Source: Callorhinchus milii
Taxonomy: Eukaryota
Direction of reading: 5' to 3'
Length of the DNA: 64,000 nt
Assembly: GCF_018977255.1 (NCBI RefSeq)
Contig: NW_024705156.1
Span: 1 to 64,000 of the forward strand
The first letter of the stretch is position 1. Every line of letters begins with the position of its first letter. A program made the translations under genes and the position numbers. Shown here one piece after another: positions 13,201-28,200 of this stretch. The notes beneath the pieces were generated by a model that saw only the letters and a list, made by a program, of their open reading frames with translations, was not told the DNA's origin and made no database searches.

Positions 13201-16200
13201 TATTCAACTTGGGAGTTGTCGACCGCAGCGATTTTGACATTGGTGGGTAGTGAGTTCCCCTGAGCCCAGACTCATCTATATGGAGATAATGTAATTGCAC
13301 TTCCAGAGCTCGATTGTCTGTTGGCTCAGGCAGTGACCGCCATAATATTATCGGGAAATCTCGGTCATGGCTCGTTAAGTGATAGCGATGCAGAGCGTTC
13401 AACTAGAGGATGTATACATGTGAGCACCGACAGAACAGCCGACGCCCGACCAACCCCCCGCTGAATCTCACCGCTGAAGTCCCTATCCCTCGCGTTAGTT
13501 ACGAGGCGCGCACGAGCGCCACCTATTATCTTTTTTCTTAAGAATAAAGCTCTTCGTGACGGCAGCCACATGCCTTTACATACGAATGGGAGAATTCCCA
13601 CGTAAGTTTTTCTTGGCTCAAGGTTCTTGGGCTATTTGCATGCGAAGACGCATTGGCCGTCGTCCCAATATTGAGACAGAAGCCCCAAGTTCCCCGCCAC
13701 AAGTCAAACGTAGTTTCACAAGATTCGCGATAGCGCTGTATTTAAATTAGAACTCTTCTCTTCGGCTTCAATCCCAAGCGAAGTGATGGGTTGCCACGAC
13801 TGAGCTGCGAACTTGCATGGAGAGGCCACTGCCTCCCCAGGTCCATCTAACAATACGCTAGGGCGCGGGGCCGAACGATTTGCTTACACGTTTAATAGCA
13901 CGATAGGACTGTAATAGACGTCCCACAAGTCTGAAATAGGGTACAGTGGCCGTGTTAGGCACGCCTAAAAGGTCATGGCAGAACAACGGTCGTTCGCGTC
14001 GTGAGAACTGTACCCGCGGACGTAAGGTTCTTATTTTCAGAGCATGCCAAATTTTCCCAGAGTGGAGGACTAATGGCGCGGCGGGAGATAACAAATTCTG
14101 ATTTGGCAATGCATAAGAGTTCTTGTAACATCGATATAAAAAAAGAACCTCGCTTTTTACGAGTACGGAGCACGAGAAGTTCGGGTATACAGCAAATGTC
14201 TTCGATCGTACGTGCCCTTACAATTAATGCGTACTTTCGTACATAGGTGGTTCGGCAATTACACGGAGCTCCGCACTATTGGGAAGCCGATCAGCCAGAT
14301 GGCCGATACGTCGGAGCGTGGTGACTTTTTACTCCACGATTGGGCTCTACTGTAAGATCTCGGCGGATTACTCCGTAGTGGTCGAAGCGCCTAGGTATAT
14401 CACACCAAGTTCGTGTAGAACACGCACGCAGGGGCTTTATCATGTTCACTGGTGTCGTTTAATTTTAGCGCGAACTTGAGACCGTGGACGCGAAGGCGGA
14501 TTCAATCCTAGTGTCATGGGTATGGTCAGAAATAACATAGCCGCGCGCTTGTTCATGCACAAAATCAGGTTAGACAACTTGACGTTGATGGTGACCTGGT
14601 CCTTCATTTGGCCCTCACGCCCTTACAGTTAGCCCAGAGCTGCCCGTAGAACCATCGCGTTATGAAATATGTAACCGGCGTAACATCAAATATCTATTTT
14701 CAGGTGATGGAACAGCATCAGGTCAACAACCTCTACCAGATATTTGAGAGGACCGAGAGCTGAGTGGCGATGGTGCTTCCCACAGGATGGGTCGCAGTTC
14801 TCTATTCTAGCCACACCGAAACGTCAGGATTGCATAACTCAACTATGGCAGTGGATACAAGCAGGAGTGATGTGGGCAACCGCCAAGGTATATCGACTCC
14901 GCGATGAGGTCTGGTTGACAGGACAACCTCGTCTTGATTATAGAGCGGGGACTCTTTTGCAACGCTAGACCTCACCCACTATGGAGGCTCTATCAAATGC
15001 AGCAGCGTACTATCATCGCTCGGTCTAAGATGGAAATTTCAAGGATAATGCGGACGACTTTGACCTTCACCGACTGGCCTTAAAGACCCGCTTGCTTTAT
15101 CCGATCAAACTTCCGGTGTAGGCCTTAAATTGGTCGGGGGACTTTGCCGGCGGCGCTCGCGCGCTGCGTGGTTTGCGTTCGACCAAGAGTTGTTTGTTGT
15201 CACAGCTGAGGGGCGTACTCCGATGTTGACTCGGTTATACAACAAATCCTACCACCTAACGTCTAGTCAGCGTTTACAAACGGCAATCTTGGGTGATTGA
15301 AATGCCTAGGGGTTTATCCAGTAAAGGAGAGCGGTAAGACTAGGGAAAAACGCCCGAAGTAGCGCATTGCTGCGTATTCTGGTCGGGCCCTCGAATTGTC
15401 GGTGCGTCCAATGTCTGAGCTAAAGACCAGGTCACGGCCTCATAATAACCTCGAATGTCTTAAATTACCTTTGTGTTACACATAGATCCCTCATCGGGTT
15501 TCCTACAATTTTGGGCCCCAGACAATCTCTCTTTCTAGGGACATCGCACGTGATAAGTCCGAGGTACACTAATTAAGATGTTCAGTGTTTCGTCACACAT
15601 ACATGTGCCATCTCGCGACGGAGGTAGAGATGTTGCGCGGAAAGTCTCTTGCTGTCTTGTAGTAGTCTTACGGAACCGAGAAATACACTCGCGACGTCAT
15701 GCGCCCAAAGTAGGGCGGTGGAAGGACACGTCTCATTAATTGATTCCCCTATCGTTTCACTTTCACAAAATGAGGTACAGTAATTGGGGTTAGGCTGGCA
15801 TATTCTAGCTCTAACTAACTTGCGGCGGCTAAGTGACGCCGTGAACCGTCACTGATATCGCTCCGGGTGTCCGCAGTATGGGTAGGGGGATTTTATAAGT
15901 TAAGAAAGAGAATCAGGGTGATACCTACGCTCAGCATCTCACGCTGGATGAAGCTTGCAAATCCACTGGGAGATACTTGGTGTAGGAGAAGAGGAGAAGA
16001 TACGCGGCCAAGAATAAACGTCGCTCAGCAAGCAGGTATCCAACAGTCGTATCCCATTAACCGCTTTCTATGATAGTTGGGGATCCTTTCGGCACCTTCC
16101 AGGTTTCGATGTTCGCGACTCGCCAAGCCGACATCGATTACCGTTAAGTGTTTTATTGTCATCGCACCTGGTACACAGTTACGGCACCTAAATCCTGTCA

Positions 16201-19200
16201 TCACCCCACAACGGTCTTGCAGTATAATGATAGGAGGAATGGATAGACTATTGCACATAGGTTCCCCCTGGGAGAGTCAGGAAGGACCTTGGGTCCAATT
16301 CACCGGCCAATTGATCATTGTGCTTATCCGTCGAGTATTTTGCCCTGTATTGAAAATTGGCCCTCATTCACGAGGCTGCGATCGACACAATTGCATGCTA
16401 ACGATCATCGATTGTATGAGGAATTTCTGATCCGGCACGTGAATAGGCATGATGACTTGACTGTAGCGGTATCCTGCGCATAAGCATGCAGACTCGTGTA
16501 GACAGCCAACGAGGGGAACAGCTTATGTCCGTGATGCTATAACGGCTAGCAGATCTAAGCACTTGTGCCAGCTGGAAAGACAAGAAGACTGCCGATCTTG
16601 GCCGAAAGAGTCCCTGAGGCTTAGAGAGCACCATAGAACGGGCATGCAAGCGACGGGGGGGTAATGGCGCCGAACGACAGTCGATTCCTCTTTAGGTAGA
16701 GAGTCTTGCATTGGAGACTTTATTTTCTGCGACGGACGTTGTCCAAAGGTAATGTACACTGTCCGCTGGGAGAATCACTTCGAACGTTACCTCTCTGCAA
16801 AAGGGTACAGCCTTAGCCTTCTGCTTGTGCCGGGTGCAACTACAGGGAGCATTCAAACACTTAGAATTAGTGGACAAGTTGTTGCCCCTTCTGCCCCAGT
16901 CCCGAAAGTATCCTGCTGAATGTATTATTCAGTTTACTAACAGATACCCGATCCTTGGGGATATCTAAAGGCTGCGGTGATTTTTAGCCGTTTTGTCTCG
17001 AGGTGTACTTGTAGCGTCAACTTCGATCTAGTCATAGCTCTCGAAGCCGTGGCTTGTAACCGCAAACCGGTTATTCCCAGTTCTGACACTCGCCACTACA
17101 CAAGACGGAGCCACCTTATCGAGGCTAGAAGGTCTCTTCCCGCATGTACAAGGGACGATAGCGACGCCTCTGGCGGACAAGCTGCTTCCGAACGTAATGG
17201 CGTCCATAGGATAAAGAAAGGCTTCCTTGGGTTCAGGGAACGCAATTGACGCCGCGATAAACATGATCAAATGCCCACCGCATTGGTTTCAGCTAGCTAT
17301 GGACACATCGACAGGATTGGCATACTGACAAGCGTCCAGCGCAGTCGCAGTGGCGAGCACAATAGAATACGTAAGCGTACTCGCAGCGGAGGGGCGCCGA
17401 CGAGCGACTTGATACGCTCTCTTATGGGCATCACAGCTAGGCTATCTGGCCGAAACGGAGAGCTTTTAGCCGTTCACTATCCGGAATATGTTGCATGCCA
17501 AAAGGAATGCGACAACTACGATAAGAGAGATTGGTATTTTGGGAGGTTAGAGATTCCATGCCGCGGCTTTGGTCTCCTGATTTCAAAGTCAATATTTAAA
17601 CCAGGGGATACTAAAATACAGTGCCATAAGCTGTACCCTCTAGATCTCTGAGTCTTCTTACATAACTTATGAACTGTTATGGCGCCACGGGAATGGATGT
17701 GGCAAATGCCGCATTGTAGAGCCGTAAAGCCATCTCCCGAGTAAGACTTGAATGGCAGACATATGAAGCTTACACTGTAGTATTGCCATGTGTAAGGCAC
17801 TGCTCTTTCAACACCGGTGTCTCGTCAAGAAGGGTAGGTTATTTGTTGATCATGACGTACAACTAGGCTCCAGTTTCAAATCTAAAGAGGTTCTGCGGTC
17901 AAGTCTTTAGAATCGTGAACTATATTGGGCCCGGTTCTATCATGCGTACCATCTAAGATTGATTAACCGCAACTCTCGTGGTGACCCTTCCAATAGTTGG
18001 GAGTGTCGTAACAATCTCGAAAGGGGTCTTCGAGTAGAGCAAGCTCTCTCCGCCGTGGAAATGGACGGCCAGTTCATTCCGCGACATAGTGGAGCCATGA
18101 CGGTCAAAGGCAACCACAGAGCATATAATAAAAACAAAAAGCGCAGACAACACTCGATCCATCAAGTATTGAGTCCGTATTTATTCCATGATGACGGAGA
18201 AAAAGGCACCATCCCTACGTGCACCTGATCGTCTCCTGGGTAGGGGACGCGCATCATTTCTTTCCACCTGTCACTCAACGACGGACGTGGCGATGTAGCT
18301 TACACGGCCCTACGTCGAGATGCTTGACAGCGGCGAAGTATTCTTTAGTCAATAACACCTAGGGGATAGCGTCTATTTACACCGCAGAAGTTCCCTAGCC
18401 TGGGACTTCGCTCTTCATCTGACAAGGATGCTGTGGCCTTACACTGAGACAGCGGAAGCTGCTAACTGATAGTATATTGTAAAGCCACGAGTACATCCAT
18501 AGTTATGGCGAGAGAGATCTTGGAAGCATACTGCATATTGCGCAAGTGGACCTAATACGTCGCGGAGAATCCGTTATCGAGCCTCGCTCGACATCTACTA
18601 AACAGACCATCCGATACAGCAAGGCCTACATGAATAGCCGGTGCGCTGTTCTGGATTGACTGAAGTACACCAGAGATCAATAGGTAGTAATCTTTCATCC
18701 GCGGATTCGCCCGGGAAATGCGTTGTACATGTCTAGAAGACCTCCCCATGGACGTAGACATCGGTATGAGGAGCCCATTAACAGACACATGGGCTAGGAC
18801 TAGTAAATACCATACTCATAGCGTTATTAATCTGAGACAGTAGCTCACCGTGAAGCTCGAATGAATAGGTCACCTGAAATATGGTGGGAATTCAGAGTAT
18901 TGGCGTTGACAGTGCATCACCCCAAAAAATTTTAACGCATGCTCAATATGCGGTAACCGCCCCTAGTATGAGCTTCCTGACGGAAGGTCGTGTGTAATCG
19001 AGCGCTTGAGGAAGCATGCAGGGCTCAAATATCTACACGTGCGCGTTCTGTCTATCCGCGAAAAGTCATGTTTTGAATTTTCACCAGCGCATTCTCATTG
19101 AAATCTGACGCAGTGGGCAACTTCTACTTCTTGTCTTCATGATGAGGTGTGTCCTGGGTTTGCCCCGGAAGTCGCATTACCTCTCACCGGCCATGTTGCA

Positions 19201-22200
19201 ACGGGTCTCGCACAAAACACCCTAGCGGCAAACATAACGTATACATCGTTTCATGTAATCTACGACGGTCTGCTAGTAGGATAGAAACTATTACGTGTGT
19301 AATTGTGCCTTGCGAACATGCAACTGGTACACAAAATCATAGAAGTAAGCCCAATTCGAAGCTGGCCATGAGCTGGCACAGGGATTCTTTTATGTTTACC
19401 TAGCCGTGCAGTTGTAGTGGCTGCAACAACTCGTGGAGGCGTTAGCCCGCTTGCAGAGAGTTTGGGTGGACTGTATTGCAGCCGTTACTGGGCCTCGGCA
19501 GCCATTGTCGGCCGCCTGTTACCCTCTCCTAGGCACCGCTGAGCCTAAGTCAATGTAAGTATAGCCACACCGGGCAGATGATAATGCCACTGCCTTCTAT
19601 TTGACACTGTGTTCGTCCTATTTACCGGCCCATATAACGATGGGCACACGACATGATTTTGCTATTCCCTAAAATCGAGGCAATGAAGGGCCACCAGGTA
19701 TTGGAAAAATACTAGCCAGCCTAGATTGTTCCCTATCGCAGTAACTTCCGACTATAGGAACAGCATACGAATGCATAGGTTCGGACTAGACCGTCGTCCA
19801 GCTATTCGTTTCTCTAAGCATCAGTGCGTCAAGGCCCTATGCTTAAATATTACCGCCAGACCACTTCCAAGTATATCATATGGGGTGTCGATCTTCCGGA
19901 GTTAGGCGCATTAACCGATGATTGAAGTAGCGTCTAGTGGACGTCCCGTACGCCTGATGTCTGAACGGAGGGATCTGTATGAGGACATTGAAGATCCTAC
20001 GTTCAACAATGCAACCTTCCGCAAAATGGAACCTGTTATAACAGCATTGGGATACCATCACAATATATAGCGAATATTCTCGAGAGGAGGCACTCGTTAG
20101 TCAGAATGCCTATCATACCCTACATATCCAGCGCTCGTCGACGGCTCCAAGTTGAGCGAACTGGAATAAGCTTGCAAGAGCTACGCCAGTACGTGCGCCA
20201 TATTGATCTCCGATCAGTGATCGGTTTTCGTACAGGTGGCTTGGTCCATGGAATAAAAACCCCCTAACTGAGTTGCTATAGACAGACATGAGACGACATC
20301 AGAGGCGCTCTGCCGGTTTATTAATGACACACCCTTAACGGAGAGAACTATACCGTAAGTCAAAAAAGTTTTTAACCTAAACGGTTGTCAAGTCTACTAA
20401 GTTTGACTGGCCTTACGTGTAAATTTCTAACTTCGTGCAGACCCGCATCCCGACTTAGTAGCGAATTTTCGCCACGTTTACTAAATTTTACTCGTAGGCC
20501 AACAGTGGCTCTGTCTGTTCGAGCTCCGGTCAAAGGCGACGTGCCGCATGCACCTCCCATTCATTTGATTTTGCTTTCCCTCAGGACGTTGGAGTGGTGA
20601 TAGTCTGAAGATCCGAGATATGTATCGGGTGATCACCAGGATTGCATTTTATAGTCTCGAGTAGGAGACGGCGCGTAGTCAACTGGTCTATTGGGCGCAC
20701 TAGGAAATGAATCCGGGAAGTGCGTGGAACCAGATCAACAACAGGATAAGTGCATCGTTGTATACCCCATGGATCGCTGGTTCACGGATCAATGAAGTCG
20801 ATGGGGAGAAATTATTTAGCAATCTAAAGTGGCATGTTCGAGGGGCGGCAAACGTCCATCTCAGAGGGCGGATTTTGCAGCGCAGCGATGCACCTCTTCG
20901 ACGGCATCCTACTCGTTCTGCGGAAATGAGAATCCCACGAATCTGAATTATTCACATCCTTAACAGCATCTTCGTCACTTCACTGGCTCTACGCCGCATG
21001 TCTACTTTGTTCACGCAGCTCATAGTGATATTTTTTGAAGGACTCCGGTAAGATTCGTACATCGACGGTGTGCGTAGAATGTAATGTGCACACTCTCAAA
21101 ATTTCGTCACCGTACGATAATCGATTATATTTATCTTACCGCCTCCCCTCCGAAACACTAACGACCAGTCAGTAGGAGGGTGCCAACAGGAAGCTTAGGG
21201 AATAACCACACCTGGCAAGGTCGGCATTTCTCACTATATCGCTGGTACTTGTCGCCCTTCTTTCATCCCCCTGGTGGGGTGTACGATCCGCAGTACCCGC
21301 CTCTTAAAGCCGTGTTTACTGTGGTCTCGATGAATTCCCAGATTTACATGCGGCAGACCAGGGCCGGGCTCGACGTAAGAGGATAGGTGGCATCAGGATC
21401 GTGAATAATTTGCTTCTTTAGGCCAAGAAGCTATAGGGGGATTAACTATAGGCACGACCGGTGTCAGGTACCGTGCTTCATAGAACAATCTAATTGCGAT
21501 CGGCTACCCTTGCTCACTGATCACTTGAGCTCGAACATCCAGATCAGCCGTGTCTTTCAGGATCTGCTTGCTGCACGCTTCCGCTTCGAGAGAGGACTAC
21601 AACGGTTTCCAATCAGCGACACGTTGGTTGAGAATACTACTAATCAGAAAGGGTCCGTCCTCCTTAGAGACCCAACTATCCCTGGTGGGTCTCTATCCGT
21701 CTGAGATGTATGTTGTGAAGAACGACATGTCCCTACGCGTCGTTATATCGGTCGTGAGTTTCGGGTTTACCCCGGTGCGCCTATATGGCGGAGGGACTCC
21801 CTATTATGAAGCGTAACTACTCTGCAGTTCGCAGTAGAGTACATGGCTAGCCAGCTTTGACCGTAGCTTCTGTCGACGCATAGAAATTGAGACCGATTTA
21901 CATGGAAGTAGAATGTTTCATGGAACTTGCAGGAGCGGGTAAACCTGCGCTTTCTCACGGGGTTGCTACTGGTTATTCATCGTTCACCAGCATGAAGTTA
22001 AAATGCTACAAAAGAGGTCACCGAAAGCTCAGCTAACGTTTCGGCCACAATCGAATAAAGGGATCCCCAAATGGTGTGTTCGCAAGCTTCCTACTTGTGA
22101 GAGGGTTTAGCGTGGTAGATGTGGCAGAATTAAGATGTTAGGGTCCAGCCTGATGGCTTTGAAGCGGTAAAGGCTACCCCTCTCTAAATGCCTACACCGG

Positions 22201-25200
22201 GATAGATTTTATATGCGTCATCTCCTGGTTGTGGTATATAACGTCATCGTTCGCCCACACCACGAATTAAGAGAAGTACACGATTGGTCATCGCGGGACG
22301 TCAAAGATTTTCCGCTCAAGATTTACTGGGACCTCTGCATAGCTCTATTTTCGCACACACAACCAAGCAGGATATGAGCGGGACCGCTGAATTTGTCACG
22401 CTCAACAAAGTTCGGCGTCGAGGTGTGACCCCACATCTACAATAAGACCAAGTCACTGGGATGTAGTTCGCGAATTCGGCATTCGGCTCCGAAATTTTCA
22501 CGCCAAATAGAACGCGAACATTTAGCCCTGCCCACACTAAAGAGGGGAAGATTTACCAGTTTTCCAATAGCTTCTCGGGCAACCAAACTACACGGCTATC
22601 GACTGGGACAGAAATTTGCGTCGGTATCTTCAATGTTGCATAAAGGATGTTAGTCGCGGGCTCCATGGCACTATTCAAGATGTTCCTCCCGTTTCCGTTC
22701 CGACGCGGTTCAGAAACACTGGATCGGGCTGGTTTTCTCATCAGCCACGTAGAGAGATATTCGTATCGTGCCGAGAATACGGGTCACGCAACGATCACGC
22801 CTACGAAACAAGTTGTGTAGTTTGAAGAGCGCTAGTAGTGCGGAATCCAATGACGATCAAATAATTGGGGTCTACAGTCTCTTGGATTCTAGATTATAAC
22901 AACGATCTCTGCAATTTGAGCGAGTAAAGGAAGGAACCGCCTAGTGTGGGCCCTACAAGGAGCTACGCGTGAAAGAAAGACGCTTACCATGGAGCATGAC
23001 ATCTTCCGGCCTGCTCAGCTATGTCCGAAAGCGGGGTTAAGCATCATATGTCAAGTTACCAGGCCCATGCAGATTCACGGCGTGCAGCACAACTGTTCAT
23101 CACGCAGTGTCCGTTAGAGATCGTTATTCGACTAGGTTCAGGATAGCCTGTCAGCGGAAAAAGCCGGCACCACTAGCTAAAGTGTGCTCGACACTCTAGT
23201 TATGAATGTACAGGCGCCTTCAGCTGTTGCTATTAGCGATAATTTATAAAGGGGCTGACCCTGCTTGACGACCTATAAATTTCGGTTGTACTGTGGCCCC
23301 CCATCCGGTCACCGATAATAGAAAACCCTGCAACCTTTATCCCCTGCTAAGCCGGCCCGTCCGCATAGCGCAGGACACTAGAAGAGTCAGAGCGTGGATG
23401 TGAGCGCCTGCGGCATCCGCTACTCGTGTCTACATGTCAAATTTGTATCATTGTGCAGCAGTTATGACCTTAGCAGGGTCTCGAAATACACACAGCGTCG
23501 CGATGCGACATGCTCGCTTATGGGCGAATCGCGGCAGTTTGAGGATGCACTGACAGGGTTTAAATCTACCTTTTAAGAGGTCCCAGTCCAGGACCCACTT
23601 ATCTTGAACAGTCGTCCCAGCAAATCTCGCAATGTAGTACACTGACCTGGATTAACGGATATTTGGCGCACAAATGTGGCGGCTTTGCGGACCGCCCGCG
23701 ATCGTCGGTGGACCGTAATCATCACGGCCGGGTGATGAGGGGATGCGTACCTTCCTAGTGATCTGGCCGTATATTACGACTGCAGTAATGCAAATAGGTC
23801 CCTTCGTTTGTCACTATTGTACCTGTGAATGGAATCGCAACGATGTAAATCTCGTGGCCACGTGCGGTCAGACCGCGCAGCGTCGCGGCGGGGGGAGTGT
23901 CCGTCAAGCCCAATCTAAGCTACCCACAGGCCGAATATTCCCCAGAAATTTGCGTAGACCGATTTAGTTGTATGACCATTACGTACGTATTAATGTATAA
24001 TGCCTCCAGGAACCAAGTTTCATCTTTCGGTTGACATCCTTAGGGCTTTGTCCCCCCTCACATGCCGAAAAGGATCCGGCTCATATGGCCCGAACAATTG
24101 GGGCCCAGATACCTAGCCGCGTTTCGTCTTGGATTTATAAACTTTGTCTAGGCATAAATCAACTACGCACGATGCCGTGTGCGCACACCAACCTCTCCGT
24201 ATGCGTCTACAGACTGCAAGGTTATTTTGAGCTGAACGCGGTTATACACTCCGTAATAAGGAAACGATAAGGCACGCTAGGACGCACGTTATTCAAGCAT
24301 CCGATCAATAAATAATAGAAACTAGGAGGTCGTCAAGGGGAATGACAGGTTAAGGTGTCTATGCCTGTGGAAGAGTACGGGGTAAAACAGCCGTAGCACG
24401 CAATGGCAAATAGTTCATAAAACACATGACCTATAGTATTAAAGTATGAAAGGGGCTGCACAGTATTCGGAAAGCCTTTATAAGAACTATCCCCCCGCCT
24501 TAAAGGACGGTCAGCCTACCATATAAGACGTCGTTCCCCCCAGCGCTGGCCCGAGAAGGGCAAGCCCATTAGGGGGGCGCATCTGTCGTCACTGCGGCAC
24601 TAGACAACTTGACCCTGGGTCTACGCCGTGTGTCTTCAACAAGGATTTGTTTGGTATTATTTTCGGGCCCACTCACGTACAGTGTCTCCCTGAGTGAACT
24701 CACCACGCACAGGGCAAGCGACTCTTTCAATAAATTTTCCTTAACACCACCATGGCCCGGGGTATTACAACAGAGATTGTCCACCTACGAGCTAGGTCAG
24801 CACATTAGCCTACGATTTGTCTCCCTTTGCATCACGGATTGGGTGTTATGGAACTCACCCCGGTAGCATCTCTGATTTTACCGAGCTGAATGTTCTAATT
24901 TAAGTCTGAGGCTGTCAAAGCTGGCCATACTCGGATCGAACTAACGCAATTTTATTCGCTGGTAACATTGGAAATACATTTCTTGGCCCATTACTACACA
25001 GCCCGTCTGGCAGCAATGGATCACTGCTTCGCTGAGCGAACCTACGCAAATCGCGACTGCCGCAAACAGGACCAATACGGCTTCATCTCGGATGACGCGG
25101 AGGCTCATAGTAGTACGTATGTTAGCTATCAACTGGGTGCGGTTACATAGGCTAAATAGTTTTAACGATAAATAAGGTGTTCAGGCGTATCGATTAGCGA

Positions 25201-28200
25201 CCCTACGAAAGAATTGTTATCCAAGACAGTCGGCTATTATATGGGCTGTTCTTATTCTAGAAGGTCTATCCCTGCAGGACGAGATTCAGCCTTTCTGCTC
25301 TTCGCCTTGCGCTGAGGAGGAACCGAACGCATGAGCAACAAAGCAATATATCAGCGGGATGAGTAGCTGCGTGTCTTTGACGGCGACCTTACGCCTCAAG
25401 TCAGTATGCCGTACTCAAATTGGACATATGTCGGTGCTTCCTCGGACTGACTGGTATGTTAATATTGAGAATCATATGGGTTAATGCCTGAGTAATCGAC
25501 TGAACGGGGGCAATGCACAGGCCGTAATCAGAACGTCTTGTGGCGGCCCGTCGAACAGATCCAATCCGTACCTAACGGTAGCTGGTATTTGGACCGAGGC
25601 AGGGCTTTATCGAGAGAACCAACATGGTAAACCCTTAGATCCACCAGCATCACGTAGATCAAGTCATGTGAGTTTGTAACCGTCTCTAGGATCGCCTGCT
25701 TGTAGTGACGGCATGTTCGGACGCCGGGTAGCGCTCTCAGCACCAAGATCTGACGAGTGCACAGTGGTGTAGCACGGGGGGCTATTCTCAATACGTGACG
25801 CTTCATCCGGCAAGATCGGTTCGGAGTCCCGCGGGAGATTAAGATAGCGTATTGAGGACGTATCGTAGGCCATCATGGCTTAGCCAATGGGAAATTGCCG
25901 TATCTGAGAGCCTAAGGAGTATATAATTCCGACATGTTGAGGCGGAACAGTGACGAACCTACAAGCTGCGGGCGCAATGAGAGGATTCACCGCGTGAACA
26001 TTCCGCCTCGTAGAGTAAAAAGACAAACATTCTTCAGCGGTGATCATAGCACGTATTGCGCCCGTCACGAGAGGGAATCGCATCCAAACTATGGGGATGC
26101 AGCCCAATCGAAAGGAGCTATATTCCAGTGACGGTCTTTGGTAATTGGTCGGTAGGAACCACAATGAAGGGGGGTGTACCTCGCCGATACCGTCTTGACT
26201 CACATTGGTTATTCGCCCTCGACCCGCGCGGCAAGCCATAGAATATTCAACAGCGAATAAAAACATTCATCTCGCGTAAAAGAAATAACTGCATTGCACA
26301 CGGATCGGCAATAGACGACAAGAGTCCGCGGCGCATCAGGTCACGCTATATGTGGGACTTAAGGTTGCGCGCGGTCTCGGCAACGGGAAGGGGAGTCAAG
26401 AAGGAACTCGACGTTTTCCTTGTAATCGGGCTAAGTAAAGAGCAGTTGGAAGATGACAAGTTTATTTCGGATACGCCACCATATACCCCTTTCGAACTAG
26501 GCATCGAAAAGTCGATGCCAAGTCAGTCACGCCACCCTCCAGCTCTCGAGTTAAAAAAAGATCTTAGGCATAGGCGGTTTGTAGAGTTGAAATTGAGTAA
26601 GGGCGCTAGGAAGACGTGCAACAGCTGCCAGCTTACGCACCTAGATGTGCTGTATCTCACTTAACTAGCGAACGGATATTCCAGATTCTGGGAGCGTGGG
26701 GTAGGAATCTGCAGAGGTCGAGCCAACATGTGCCGCCGTCGGAGGACACCCGCTACCGTAATCAGCAGTTAGATAAAATTGATATCCAAAGACTTGACGC
26801 TCTTTTCGCGCTGATCTCATCGCTTCTTCCCTCAAACTATGAAGCTGGGGTATGCATCATATCTTAGCTAGGATAAATTAGCAAGGTTAGACAGAGGATT
26901 GCATCCTCTCGAGCTTCTACATCTTCGTAGAGGGTGCATTTGCTCAAGCTTAGAAGGAACACCGACTATTAGAATACTCCACGGCTTATGGGCACACCAC
27001 ATTAATAAATCAACTATTCGGATTAGAATTTACTGATCAGGAAAAAGCGCTACACGGTTAGTTAGAATAAAAAAGAGATAAATTAGAGCCCAGTTAGGGT
27101 CCGACAAGGTTTTTAATTGGAGCTGTCGCGCATCCATGACTGTCTCGGGTAGTGATGACCAGTGCCTGACCGTCAATCTGAGGGGATTGAGTCGATCCCT
27201 ACCGAAGAGGTGGTAACCGTTTTAAGCGCTGGATTTACGAGGTCCGGCATCATGGGCTCGATATGGCCGGTACAATATCGCCTCCTATCCTAACCACACG
27301 CTACTATACCGTGGACAATGCATAGAAGCATCCATACCACAATCCGAATGATCAAGTTCTACGTCCTTCCCTTGAAGGTTGAGAGGGATTGGGGTCGAAG
27401 TCATCTGATATAGTGTTGACGGGTTCCGTCCTATGAGAGCATGTGCTCCATACGTATTCGCTGCCTACCAAATTTCTATAGCTGGCACTTTTCAGCAGGG
27501 GACCGCACCTGAGCATATATCAACCAGGAACCTCCAGTCCTTCAATTTAGTCCCCATCGGCAGGTGGGTTATCATGGCGATCCCTCCCGATCAAGGAGCT
27601 GCGCACTTGCACTGTCGGAGGCGTTGTAAAACGACCTGCGGTCAAGGACAGTCTGGGAGTCGCAAGGCGTATGGCCCACGTGTGTCCTAAGGCATCCCCT
27701 CTAAGCTCCAAAAGATTGAGTGAAGGAATTGTACGCCCTACGACGGAGTCCCACGGTTCCGCCAGGTAATCACGTTGTCCATTCGACTTAGTAGAGTCAG
27801 GGATAGTAGCGCCTAAATGAAGTATACCGTTCAGGGGCTATACAATCTTATAAACAGGGGCACATTTAGCAACACCCTATCGCGTTACTAACTTAGATAG
27901 CAAGCACTGGCTATAGCATGATCACGCCAATGCTGGTTCACATTTCAGCTAGTCGCAATCGTTGCGTTCCGTTGAGGCCCGTTTCGGAATACGGTGTGGG
28001 TTTTGAAATGCGGTCTGCGTTTAGACAAACTGAGTTAGGTAGCCGTCGCTTGTGTGCGGCGCAGGGGCTGCAGAAGCTGATTTCCCCTAAAAACCCCTCT
28101 CCCACATTTTAAACAAAGCTTTTAAACGCGAAACTTATAGATGGGTTGAGAAAGGGCGCCCCAGACAATGGCAATCAAGAAGTTGGTCATTACCGGTCGT

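Noticed and set aside
2895-18686. 14-mer repeats gtagtgggaccgac (~2895 and ~6155) and agagatcaataggt (~11149 and ~18672)
   Set aside because: A few 14-mer matches are expected in 43 kb of random sequence; no regular spacing, so not a CRISPR or other array.
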